Assembly (NCBI GenBank): GCA_041666325.1
Contig: JBAYHC010000002.1
Location: 51,635-115,634, forward strand
Source of the DNA: Patescibacteria group bacterium
GTDB lineage: Bacteria; Patescibacteriota; UBA1384; XYA2-FULL-43-10; 1-14-0-10-43-13
Length of the DNA: 64,000 nt
Reading direction: 5' to 3'
Shown here: piece by piece, positions 1-9,246 of the stretch
Position numbering within the stretch: position 1 is the first letter of the stretch
Layout: each line of letters starts with the position of its first letter
The notes under the pieces: generated by a model
What the model was told of the DNA's origin: nothing
Seen by the model: only the letters and a program-made list of their open reading frames with translations
Databases searched by the model: none
Translations under genes and position numbers: made by a program

Positions 1-14
1 TTACTGAAACAACT

Positions 15-1115
15 ATGAAATTTGCAATTGATGTTAGAGAAGTGGGCGAAATGAGGGCAGGCAAGGGCTATTACGTTTTTGAGTTAGTAAACCATCTGGC
101 ACAGATCGACCATGAGAATGAGTATGTCCTTTATACCAACAAATCTTTTTTGTGGCAGTTGCCAAAGAACTTCTCATTAAAAGTAGTCTTGGGCAGATCA
201 ATCATGTGGCACAAGCGGCTCGCCAGCCAAATGGAAAAAGATTCAATTAATGCGTTTCTGTCAACATTGAGTTATTTGAGTGCACTTTTTTCGAGTGTGC
301 CAACCGTTTTGGTGGTCCATGACTTGGCGGTTTTTTATGCCCCAATCAAGAGCAAGCGAAAATCCGTGATCGCCGAAAAGCTCACGCTTAATCGTGCAGC
401 CAAGAGGGCAGAAAGAATAATTGCCGTATCAGAAACGACAAAATCAGAGCTAAATCGCTTCAATCCTTCTTTCGGCGACAAAACAGTGGTGGCACCAAAT
501 GCGGTTTCCGATCGTTTTTGCGTTGCATCGAGGGAAGAGGTAAGCAGTTTTATCCGCTCCCGCGGGTTGCCCGATAAATACATTCTCTTTGTCGGTACGC
601 TAGAACCAAGAAAGGGCATATCCGCACTAATAGGTGCCTACGCACAGCTGGATCAGGAGATACAGGAGGAATATCGATTGATTATTGCCGGCAAGAAGGG
701 ATGGTATTACGAGGAGATATTTGACTTAGTCGGTAAGTTGGGGTTAAAAGAGAGGGTTGGCTTCCCGGGATATATTGCGGAAGATGATTTGCCCCTGCTT
801 TATAATGGTGCATCTCTTTTTGTCTTTCCTAGTGTCTATGAAGGTTTCGGCTTGCCTGTGTTGGAGGCGATGAAGTGTGGCACACCAACCATCACGAGTG
901 ATGCTCCTGCTTTGGTGGAGGTGGGTGATGGGGCAGCGCTGTCTGTGCATGTTGGAGATGTCTCTGGTCTGGCAACCCAGATGCAGAAGGTGCTGACGGA
1001 TAGCGTGTTGTCGCGCTTGATGGTTGAAAAGGGTCTAGAAATTGTGAAAAAATACGACTGGAAAAAGAGCGCAAAGATAACGCTGGATACCTTGATTAGA
1101 GCAGTAAAGCAGTAA
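15..1115 (+). CDS. Glycosyltransferase family 4 (GT-B) protein
   Basis: 366 aa; VGTLEPRKG and FPSVYEGFGLPVLEAM (EX7E) motifs typical of GT4. Confidence 0.92.
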   Translation: MKFAIDVREVGEMRAGKGYYVFELVNHLAQIDHENEYVLYTNKSFLWQLPKNFSLKVVLGRSIMWHKRLASQMEKDSINAFLSTLSYLSALFSSVPTVLVVHDLAVFYAPIKSKRKSVIAEKLTLNRAAKRAERIIAVSETTKSELNRFNPSFGDKTVVAPNAVSDRFCVASREEVSSFIRSRGLPDKYILFVGTLEPRKGISALIGAYAQLDQEIQEEYRLIIAGKKGWYYEEIFDLVGKLGLKERVGFPGYIAEDDLPLLYNGASLFVFPSVYEGFGLPVLEAMKCGTPTITSDAPALVEVGDGAALSVHVGDVSGLATQMQKVLTDSVLSRLMVEKGLEIVKKYDWKKSAKITLDTLIRAVKQ

Positions 1116-1216
1116 GGCAGTAGAGCGGTGAGGTGGGTAGGGCAAAGCACTACCTTACAACACTATTGTCTTGTCACTTCATTTCTCTGCTACCTTACAT
1201 CCTTATTGCCTTACAA
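1101..1216. repeat. Degenerate 9-nt unit array (gtaaggcag/gtagggcaa) followed by complementary units (ctaccttac/tgccttac)
   Basis: Seen directly; the same unit recurs at 7793-7830. Confidence 0.6.
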
Positions 1217-1250
1217 CTCTATTACATTATATTAACGACATAGGAGAGTT

Positions 1251-2501
1251 ATGGAATCGTTGGCATATATACTTCTTTACTTAGTGCCATTTGAGAGAAT
1301 CCCATCAATTGAGATTTTCGGGCTAACGGCAAGATTGAGTACATTTGCAATCTTGGTGTTTGTCTTAATCTTCCTGCCTGGTTTTTTGTACAAGAAAAAA
1401 TATTTACCAATATCATCCATTGATAAATCTATTATTGCATTTCTTCTGATTACTTATTCGTCCATCTTGGTGGCGGAAGATAAAAAGCGGGCGCTGATCG
1501 TTGCTGCTCTCCTAACATTTGTTATCTGTGGCTACTTATTAGTAACCCGTGTGCTGCGCGTAAAATTTAACTTTGAAAAAGTATCCAAGGTGATTATCTG
1601 GTCTGCGTTAGCGACTGCCTTATTTGGCTTTTTCCAGTTCTTTGGCGATAGCCGTTTCGGCTTGCCGGCCAATGTGACGGGACTCATTCCCAGATACACA
1701 AAAGAGATATTGGGTTTTGCCAGAGTCCAATCAGTCGGCATGGAGCCTCTTTACTATGCTAACTTTTTGTTCCTTCCGATTTTTATTCTGTCCAGCCGAA
1801 TCTTGACTGCAGCCAAGAAGCCAGCTGTCTTTGACCTTGTCTCGCTCACAATAGTTTTGTCTGCCTTTATTTTGTCCTTGTCTCGTGGGGCTTATGCTGG
1901 TTTCGCTGCTGGTATTGTTACTCTGATTGCTTTGTTGGTCATCTTTTCTCATCTGAGAAAGCATGCTTGGAAACTGGTAATTGTTGGTTTGGTCGCCTGG
2001 GGGTTGTCTCAGATGGCCGTGCTGGATGTTTCTGGTGGTCAGGGTGTGACAGATTTTACGGAACAGGTGACTGTGCCAGAGAAAACAGCCGGAGCGTCGA
2101 CTAATCCCAGACTAGAGTCATACCGTGAAGCCATCCGGTTGTTCAGAGAAAATCCGATTTTGGGCGTGGGAATCGGCAACTACGGTGTTGTTTCTAAATT
2201 TGAGAAGAATATTGCCGAGGCCGGGTATATTATTGTAAATAACCAATACCTAGAAACTTTAGCAGAAACCGGGATTGTCGGTTTTGTCTCCTTTGCCGTA
2301 CTAATTTTTCTTCTTATCGTCAAGCTGTTTCGCGCCTTGAGGCTCAACAAGGCAAATGCGCCATCCATTGCTCTGACGTTGACCCTCGTCTCGGTTTTGA
2401 CTCAATATAACTTTTTCTCAACTATTTATATTCTATATATTTGGATAGTGGTGGCTCTTATAGAATCGATGCCGATAGCAACAGGGGAAGGGGACAAGTG
2501 A
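1251..2501 (+). CDS. O-antigen ligase/Wzy_C family membrane protein
   Basis: Many TM segments; EPLYYANFL, SLSRGA, NPILGVGIGN and NQYLETLAETGIVG motifs. Confidence 0.85.
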   Translation: MESLAYILLYLVPFERIPSIEIFGLTARLSTFAILVFVLIFLPGFLYKKKYLPISSIDKSIIAFLLITYSSILVAEDKKRALIVAALLTFVICGYLLVTRVLRVKFNFEKVSKVIIWSALATALFGFFQFFGDSRFGLPANVTGLIPRYTKEILGFARVQSVGMEPLYYANFLFLPIFILSSRILTAAKKPAVFDLVSLTIVLSAFILSLSRGAYAGFAAGIVTLIALLVIFSHLRKHAWKLVIVGLVAWGLSQMAVLDVSGGQGVTDFTEQVTVPEKTAGASTNPRLESYREAIRLFRENPILGVGIGNYGVVSKFEKNIAEAGYIIVNNQYLETLAETGIVGFVSFAVLIFLLIVKLFRALRLNKANAPSIALTLTLVSVLTQYNFFSTIYILYIWIVVALIESMPIATGEGDK

Positions 2502-4030
2502 AGCAAGATAAGCTCGGGAAGAAATTTGTCGTCCCGGTGATTATGCTTGCGCTCTTTTTCTTGGCCCTAAATATTCTCTGGTCTTACCTGGACAAGACTC
2601 CACCGCATTGGGATATGGCCAGGCATCTATCCAATAGTCTTGACTATCATCGGTATTTGATCGATCTTAATTGGCGCAAGCTGATCTTTAATTACTCATA
2701 TTACCCACCCTTTTATTATTGGCTGACTGCCCTGTGGTATTTGGTTGTTGGCAGGTCGATTGATGCTGCAATTTCAACAAATCTGTTCTTTGTTGTAGCA
2801 CTTGCGATCAGTGTTTATTTCAGTGCGAAGAAATTACAAGACGAAAGATCTGCTTGCTTGGCCGCTCTTCTTGCGTTAACCTTTCCGATGCTGTCGAGCC
2901 AATTTAAAGAGTTTCAGCTGGATGCACCGCTGACAGTGATGGTTTCTCTTGGCCTAACGTTTCTCTTGTATAGCGATAATTTTCGCAATAGAAAATCGAT
3001 TGTCTTTCTGGGTATCGTCTCTGGCCTGGCCATGCTTACGAAGTGGACCTACGCTGCTTATGTGCTTGTGCCATTGATTTATCTATTGGCAGAATCATTA
3101 CTTAAATTTCCCAGAGAGAGAATTAGCATTCTGAAAAATGCTCTTATCGCCGCGATTGCTACATCGATTATCGCCGGACCCTGGTACACGCATAATCTGT
3201 CCGACATCAAGCGAGATGTTGACGGAAGCGGTATAAATGCTGCTCTGGCCGAGGGCGATCCGGTCGGCTTGACGTTGAAAGCATTCATGTTTTATTTTTG
3301 GACGTTCATTGAGCATCATTTTTGGCTTATCGGCACTATAATTTTCTTGGTTGGGTTGGTGGTCCTGCTCAGCAATCGCGAATCACGCCGCAAGTATGCG
3401 ATATATCTGATCTCCGTCATTGTCGGTTATATCATCTTTTCGACTTTTCCCAACAAAGATGCCAGATTTATCATGCCGATCGTTCCCTCTGTGGCCATAA
3501 TCATTATCGGTTTCATGTCCCTGTTACCAAAGACTCCAAGAGCATTCCTGGCAGTCTATTTGATTATCTTTGCTTTTTTCACCTTCTTTGAAACCACCTT
3601 CAGCTTGCCATTCACTAAAAGCATCTCATGGCAAACGGAGGGTAAGCACTGGATCAATGTTTATCTGGAGAGGAGCTACACCGTTACGGCGCCAAGCCAA
3701 CTTGATTGGCATTATGACGTAATTGTTTCCAGAGCTAGATCTGACGCAGGCGAGGACAGAACTATTCAGTTTCTGGGACAAGACCGCTCTGAGTTTAATC
3801 GATGGGCTTTGGCATATTACAGCAGGCTTTATGGTATGGAGTGGGTTGGCGAAAATACATCTAGCGTCAATTTCCGCTATCTCGTATTTCGTGAAGCCGG
3901 GGAAAGCTATGCCCAAAAAGAAGAGGAATTGTTTCGAGAGGGGTTTTCCCCTGATGTCATGGGCCAGTGGATTCTTCCAGATGGAACGAGCGCCTACCTG
4001 ATAAAGATAGAAGGGGAGCAAGATGTTTAA
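2498..4030 (+). CDS. GT-C (PMT/ArnT-like) membrane glycosyltransferase
   Basis: WD..RH N-terminal loop, YYPP, LAMLTKW, PWY and KDARF motifs; likely GTG start overlapping the upstream TGA (GTGA). Confidence 0.78.
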   Translation: MKQDKLGKKFVVPVIMLALFFLALNILWSYLDKTPPHWDMARHLSNSLDYHRYLIDLNWRKLIFNYSYYPPFYYWLTALWYLVVGRSIDAAISTNLFFVVALAISVYFSAKKLQDERSACLAALLALTFPMLSSQFKEFQLDAPLTVMVSLGLTFLLYSDNFRNRKSIVFLGIVSGLAMLTKWTYAAYVLVPLIYLLAESLLKFPRERISILKNALIAAIATSIIAGPWYTHNLSDIKRDVDGSGINAALAEGDPVGLTLKAFMFYFWTFIEHHFWLIGTIIFLVGLVVLLSNRESRRKYAIYLISVIVGYIIFSTFPNKDARFIMPIVPSVAIIIIGFMSLLPKTPRAFLAVYLIIFAFFTFFETTFSLPFTKSISWQTEGKHWINVYLERSYTVTAPSQLDWHYDVIVSRARSDAGEDRTIQFLGQDRSEFNRWALAYYSRLYGMEWVGENTSSVNFRYLVFREAGESYAQKEEELFREGFSPDVMGQWILPDGTSAYLIKIEGEQDV

Positions 4031-5219
4031 GCTGGTTATGATTATTCTTATTGCTACTGTTTTTCTTGTGCCTTTTTATTTCTTTCGCTTTGATCTTCTG
4101 GGGGTGCCGACGAATATTTTTGAGGTAGCGATTTTCGCTGCCATCCTGGCGGCGATAGTTGATCTTGTCGCAAAGAAAAGACGTGTAAATTGGGGTGGGA
4201 TCTGGCCATACTTGCTTCTGGTTTCGGTTCTTGTTGGAGCAATAATCTCTGAGGACAAGACCAGAGCCGCTGGTATCGCAAAGGGTTGGTTTATTGCTCC
4301 AATCTTGCTTTATTGGTTAATGATTAACTTTGGCAACAAAAGCTCTATCCGCAAAATCGTCCTCGCGCAATTCTTCGCTATGATTGTGATTGCGCTGTGG
4401 GCAATCTTGCAGCGGTTCGAGGTGGTCGGTTTACTCTTCTACCAAAAGGGCGACCCGTCATTCTTGCAATATCTGGGAGATACGCCTCGGTCGTTCGGAC
4501 CATTTGAATCACCGAATTATCTTGCGATGTATTTGGTGCCAACTATCTTCATATCATTGTCGACACTGACTTTTATCAGGCCTATTGGCCAAAGGTTAAT
4601 TCTGGCTTCCGGACTAATTATAGCTATTATCGCCCTTCTGCTGTCGGGCTCACGGGGTGGTGTGATTGCTCTAGCACTGGCGTTATTGGTGCTCCTTGTA
4701 ATAATTATCGGCCGACGCCTAGGCAAGCAGGCGTCACTATTGATTGCCGCACTGATCGCAGCATTGTCGTTGTTCTCAATCTGGAAGATCGCGCCGGCGC
4801 AGGATCAAGCCAGGATTGAGATCTATGCTTATTCAGTTGAGATGATCCAATCGCACCCTTTTGCAGGTATTGGTCTTGGTAGCTTTAGAGATGAAATTAC
4901 CAAACTTTCTGTGGGTAATCCGACATTTATTGAGCATGGTCTACCATTCGCTCTGCACCCCCACAATCTTTACTTGGCAATATGGCTGAATCTGGGTTTG
5001 TCCGGATTGCTTGTTTTTGGCTTGCTATTGTGGGGGTTTTTAAGAAAAGCCAGATCGGACAATGGTGGAGTAGGGCTGTTTGCGCTTTTGGCAATGGTTG
5101 CGATTTTAGCACACGGTTTGGTTGATACAACTTATTTTAAGAATGATCTTGCTGCCCTATTTTGGTTGATTTATGCAATCCCGTATCTCCCAAGTGAGAA
5201 TGATGAAAACAAGTTTTAA
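4023..5219 (+). CDS. O-antigen ligase/Wzy_C family membrane protein
   Basis: SPNYLAMYL, SGSRGG, HPFAGIGLG, HPHNLYL and HGLVD motifs. Confidence 0.88.
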   Translation: MFKLVMIILIATVFLVPFYFFRFDLLGVPTNIFEVAIFAAILAAIVDLVAKKRRVNWGGIWPYLLLVSVLVGAIISEDKTRAAGIAKGWFIAPILLYWLMINFGNKSSIRKIVLAQFFAMIVIALWAILQRFEVVGLLFYQKGDPSFLQYLGDTPRSFGPFESPNYLAMYLVPTIFISLSTLTFIRPIGQRLILASGLIIAIIALLLSGSRGGVIALALALLVLLVIIIGRRLGKQASLLIAALIAALSLFSIWKIAPAQDQARIEIYAYSVEMIQSHPFAGIGLGSFRDEITKLSVGNPTFIEHGLPFALHPHNLYLAIWLNLGLSGLLVFGLLLWGFLRKARSDNGGVGLFALLAMVAILAHGLVDTTYFKNDLAALFWLIYAIPYLPSENDENKF

Positions 5220-6495
5220 GAAAACAATATATCATTTTCTGTTAGCAGTTATTGTTTTTATTCCTTTTCAGTCTCTTGCGGTTGCGATTCTAGGGAACAT
5301 TAGTAATCTGCCTGCTGCGGAAGTATTTTGGCTTGCTCACTGGTATGAGCCCGTTTCACTTCTATTGCTACCGGCAATAATTTTGAGCAGAATTGTGAAG
5401 GGAAATATCAGCCGAGATCGTCTTTGGTTGATGGCTATCGGGTTGATTGCCTTTGGCTTCGTAACAATAATTACCGGAGATTTGCCAGTCGGCAGAATGC
5501 TTGAGGGATTCAGGTTTACTTTGTTCCCGATTTTGATCTTTCTGCTGGCTTCTTCGCGTGTCTTTCGGTCGTGGGAAAAGAGAACTTTTGTGACAACATA
5601 TTTGGTCTTGGCATTACTGATTGCCATCCTAGCTGTTGTTGAGCGTTTTTTGCCGCCACATTATCTTGAATTTCTGGGTATATTGCCGCAAGGTTCACTT
5701 TTTGGTTTTGGTAATTTTACAATCGTCGAGGTCTATCAAAGTTCCTCGCTTATTGGTGCCCCTAATCAACTTGCTACGTATCTTCTGCCCGCACTTTTTT
5801 TGTTCTTGATAAAAGCGAAGCGAGGAGAGATGAGTAGACTTTGTGCTGTTCCTGCCAGCACAATCATTGCTTTGGCAATTTTATTTACATTTTCTCGATC
5901 GGCGTTAATTGGAGCTGTCTTTGCCTTATTGGTGTCGGCAATGCTTTATTTTAGAGACAGATATTGGAGTATGACCATCGCATCCTCTTTGCCGTTTTTT
6001 GTTCTGATTCCGTACTTGGTATATATTAGATCCGGAGGCATGTGGTGGGATCTTTTCACCCACGGAGCATCTCAGACACAGCATGCTGGTGCCTTGGAGC
6101 AAAGTTTGACCGAGTTAGGGTCAAGACTTAGCCAGCCAGGAACGTTGTTTTTTGGTTCGGGCTTAGGGTCGGCCGGCCCGCTTGTGTTGAAATATGGCGA
6201 TGGCCTTGTCTCTGAGAGTTGGTATCTTCAGCTGTTCCTTGAGCTTGGTTTGATTGGATTTATGCTTTGGTTTTTTCTAATCATTGCCATGTGCAAGCGA
6301 TTGATCGATGGCTCTGGTGACTCAGAGAAGCCAATGCTGGCCTTGGGTTTGATTGCCGTTTTAGTTGCTGCCCTCTTTCTTCATACGTTGTCTGACAATC
6401 CGGCAGTTAGCATTACGTTATTTATTTTGATCGGGGTGTATGCGACCGAAGATGCCCAGATCGCTAGAGCTGCGCAATCTGGGGCAAGAGAATGA
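5200..6495 (+). CDS. O-antigen ligase-like membrane protein
   Basis: PNQLATYL, TFSRSA, GSGLG and ESWYLQLFLELGLIG motifs; start placed at MMKTSF. Confidence 0.78.
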   Translation: MMKTSFKKTIYHFLLAVIVFIPFQSLAVAILGNISNLPAAEVFWLAHWYEPVSLLLLPAIILSRIVKGNISRDRLWLMAIGLIAFGFVTIITGDLPVGRMLEGFRFTLFPILIFLLASSRVFRSWEKRTFVTTYLVLALLIAILAVVERFLPPHYLEFLGILPQGSLFGFGNFTIVEVYQSSSLIGAPNQLATYLLPALFLFLIKAKRGEMSRLCAVPASTIIALAILFTFSRSALIGAVFALLVSAMLYFRDRYWSMTIASSLPFFVLIPYLVYIRSGGMWWDLFTHGASQTQHAGALEQSLTELGSRLSQPGTLFFGSGLGSAGPLVLKYGDGLVSESWYLQLFLELGLIGFMLWFFLIIAMCKRLIDGSGDSEKPMLALGLIAVLVAALFLHTLSDNPAVSITLFILIGVYATEDAQIARAAQSGARE

Positions 6496-6543
6496 GCGTA
6501 ACGTGTGATATTTATGATTGATTTTTTAGGACAGGATTATACT

Positions 6544-7770
6544 ATGAGCAAAATCTTAATTGATGGCAGATTTGTGGGTGTTGGCGAATCAATGACTCGC
6601 TATACTCTGGAAATCCTGCGGGGTGTTTTGGAGCTGGACAAAGAGAATGAGTACACATTGCTCGTTCGGCCGCAGGGATTAGGGGCAATCAATGAATTTT
6701 TTGGTGAATCGGAAATCAAAAGACACGAATCAGGGAGTGACCCTTTTCGAGCCGAGATTAAAGATTCAAGCTTTATGATTCAAGTACTCGACATACCTCA
6801 TTATTCCTTGCCTGAGCAAACAAAGTTGCTGCAATACTTAAATAAAAGCAAGTATGACCTGGTCCACTTTATCCAGTTCAATCACCCTGTCCGCTACAAG
6901 GCGCCCTATGTTGTGACCGTGCACGATTTGACCATGGTGGGCTACTTGCACAGATCGAATCCGCTTAAGCGTTTAGCCTTTGGCAGAGTGATGAAATCTG
7001 CCGTCAGGGATTCAAGGCGGATAATTACCGTTTCTAATACATCTCGTGATGAAATCGTTGAGTATTATCGGATTGACAAGGACAAGATTGATACTGTTTA
7101 CAATGGCATTAATCATGAGCGCTACAATGCCCTGATTGAGGATAAAGAGCTGAAAACTAAACAATTTAGGAAGAAGTACGAGATTGATGGTGATTACTTG
7201 CTCTACACTGGGATGTGGAAAAAGCACAAGAACTTGCTCAGGCTTTTGAAAGCCTTCGAGCAAGTAAAATCCAAAATCCAAAATCCAAAATCCAAAAATA
7301 TAGAAGGCTTGCAACTAGTATTGGTGGGGAAGAAGGACGAGAGCGAGCCAGAGGTGCTTGCTGAAATTAAAAGAATCAACAACCTAAAATCGAAAATCAA
7401 AGATCGAAAATCTATTGTAACGACTGGCTATATCAAAGAAGAAGAGTTGCCGGTGGCCTATGCCGGGGCATTGGCATATGCTATTCCCTCACTCTCTGAG
7501 GGGTTTGGTCTGCCGCCGCTCGAAGCCATGGCTTGTGGTGCGCCTGTTATTTCATCGAATGTTTCCTGTATGCCGGAGGTCTTGGGTGACGCACCGCTTT
7601 ATTTTGATCCTTATGATGTCGATGATATTGCTGGTGCGATAGAACAAACAGTAGAAAGTCGGGAACTAAGGAACGACTTGATTAAGAAGGGGCTGGTCCA
7701 GGCCAAAAAGTACTCATGGGATAAGGCGGCGAGAGAGACGTGGGAAGTGTATAAAAAGTTGCTAGGATAA
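6544..7770 (+). CDS. Glycosyltransferase family 4 (GT-B) protein
   Basis: ILIDGR start, TVHDL, KKHKN and [15 protein letters not shown] motifs; carries low-complexity inserts ([10 protein letters not shown]). Confidence 0.9.
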   Translation: MSKILIDGRFVGVGESMTRYTLEILRGVLELDKENEYTLLVRPQGLGAINEFFGESEIKRHESGSDPFRAEIKDSSFMIQVLDIPHYSLPEQTKLLQYLNKSKYDLVHFIQFNHPVRYKAPYVVTVHDLTMVGYLHRSNPLKRLAFGRVMKSAVRDSRRIITVSNTSRDEIVEYYRIDKDKIDTVYNGINHERYNALIEDKELKTKQFRKKYEIDGDYLLYTGMWKKHKNLLRLLKAFEQVKSKIQNPKSKNIEGLQLVLVGKKDESEPEVLAEIKRINNLKSKIKDRKSIVTTGYIKEEELPVAYAGALAYAIPSLSEGFGLPPLEAMACGAPVISSNVSCMPEVLGDAPLYFDPYDVDDIAGAIEQTVESRELRNDLIKKGLVQAKKYSWDKAARETWEVYKKLLG

Positions 7771-7871
7771 TATTTTATTCTATATGTTAGCTAGTAAGGC
7801 AGTAGGGCAATAAGGAGGTAGAGCACTAAGACTCTGAGTCTCAGTCAGAGTACTTTTTGTGTGGGTATTAA

Positions 7872-7914
7872 ATAAAAAAGACCGGCGGCACCCCAAGAAG
7901 GGGGCGCCACCGGC
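7872..7914 (-). terminator. Intrinsic terminator of the minus-strand lipoprotein gene
   Basis: GC-rich hairpin (ccggcggcacccc..ggggcgccaccgg) next to an A-run on plus, i.e. a U-tract on minus. Confidence 0.6.
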
Positions 7915-7938
7915 GTGTGTAATCGAACGTGCCAGGAT

Positions 7939-8889
7939 CTACCTGGCGGTGTGAACCTGCATCGGCAGGTGCGGCGGGTCCGCGCTGGCGTTTACCGGCT
8001 GGACCTGCAGCCCGCGTGCGCGGGTGATGACCCGCACCTGGCGGCGGAAGTGGTCATCGGTCCCGACCGTGCCCCACCACAGGTAGACGCCATTGGAGGC
8101 GAACTTCCAGCGGCGGGGCTGGTCCGTGCCTGTCACGGGCGTGGGCTGGGGCAGCGTGCCGCCGACGGGGGTAAAGGCGTACTGGACGCCCTCGGTTACC
8201 TCCGCGTTGGCGGCATCGTAGACCTTGGGCAGGATCTCCTGACCGTTGCCGGCGAGACACTGGTCGCCGAAGAGCGAGAGCTCGTCCGGCGTGGTGTCCT
8301 CCGGATCGTAGCTCCAGAGCTTGAGCAGGTGGGGGCTGACCCGCACCTTGCACGTCAGCTCGAACCTGGCGAAGCGCAGCCCCGAGGCTTCGGTCGGCTT
8401 CACGCCGACGATCAGGTCGTACGTGCCCGCCGCCGGCTTGTAGATGCCCGGGGCGGCCGGTGTGACAACTGTCGTGCCCGAGCTTGTGACCAGCCGGTAA
8501 TCCAAGATGAACTTGTCACTTGGCTGCCCACCGGCAGTTATGTCCTCGATCCAGCTTGCCAGCCACTCGTCTTTGCAGGCCCAGCGGTTGGTGGCGTTGG
8601 CACCCTCGAGCTCGACCCACTTGCCATTGGGGTCGGCGTTGGAGCTGCCGACCCAGAACGGCACTGTCAGCCGATAGATGCGCGTCTCCGGCTCGAGCCG
8701 GAATGAGTTGGCGTTCCGGTCGATGACCGGAGTCACGGTCGTGCCACCCGGCGGGGGCGGGTTGGTGCCGCCACCGGATGACGAACCGTTCCCGTTGGTG
8801 TTGGAGTTGTCGAGGACCGTTCCGCCTCCGCCCCCACAACCGCCAACACCGATACCAGCACACAACACTACCAGCAAAAGGTACCTCAT
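7939..8889 (-). CDS. Putative lipoprotein, GC-rich orphan
   Basis: Signal peptide MRYLLLVVLCAGIGVGG-C followed by a Gly/Asn/Pro linker; SD-like ggaaggga; GC-rich codon usage. Confidence 0.75.
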   Translation of the reverse strand: MRYLLLVVLCAGIGVGGCGGGGGTVLDNSNTNGNGSSSGGGTNPPPPGGTTVTPVIDRNANSFRLEPETRIYRLTVPFWVGSSNADPNGKWVELEGANATNRWACKDEWLASWIEDITAGGQPSDKFILDYRLVTSSGTTVVTPAAPGIYKPAAGTYDLIVGVKPTEASGLRFARFELTCKVRVSPHLLKLWSYDPEDTTPDELSLFGDQCLAGNGQEILPKVYDAANAEVTEGVQYAFTPVGGTLPQPTPVTGTDQPRRWKFASNGVYLWWGTVGTDDHFRRQVRVITRARGLQVQPVNASADPPHLPMQVHTAR

Positions 8890-9051
8890 GATGTGTCCCT
8901 TCCTTTCGTTACGTTTGGATGCTCCTGAACGGGCGGTGAAGTATGTGCTTTTTGCGAATTCCGGCGCCGGTGGAAGCCTCGAGAGGCAGGGCTGGCGTGG
9001 GCGGCTGAAGCAAAAAGGACATACGAGCCAGTGTAAGTAACGTAACTAGCT

Positions 9052-9080
9052 TTTATATCACAAAACGGTACTAATGTCAA
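9052..9080 (-). promoter_or_regulatory. sigma70-type promoter for the lipoprotein gene
   Basis: TTGACA-17 nt-TATAAA with TGn extension on the minus strand. Confidence 0.6.
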
Positions 9081-9193
9081 GATTGAAAAGGTAAATCATT
9101 CATGATATTGTAGCGGTGACTGATTGAGAGCTCAAATGGTGCCAAGTTTGTTGTACTTGGCTCAGTTTTTAATAAACTAATCTAATATCATTA

Positions 9194-9226
9194 CCCTCAC
9201 CCCAACCCTCTCATAGAGGGAGAGGG
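9194..9226. repeat. REP-like palindrome
   Basis: ccctcaccccaaccctctc-atagagg-gagaggg resembles the widespread CCCTCACCCCAACCCTCTCCC..GGGAGAGGG repeat type. Confidence 0.55.
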
Positions 9227-9246
9227 AACAGGGAAGAAAGGAAACC

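Noticed and set aside
7915-8706. 263-aa plus-strand ORF
   Set aside because: Antisense shadow of the GC-rich lipoprotein gene, which has the signal peptide, RBS, promoter and terminator
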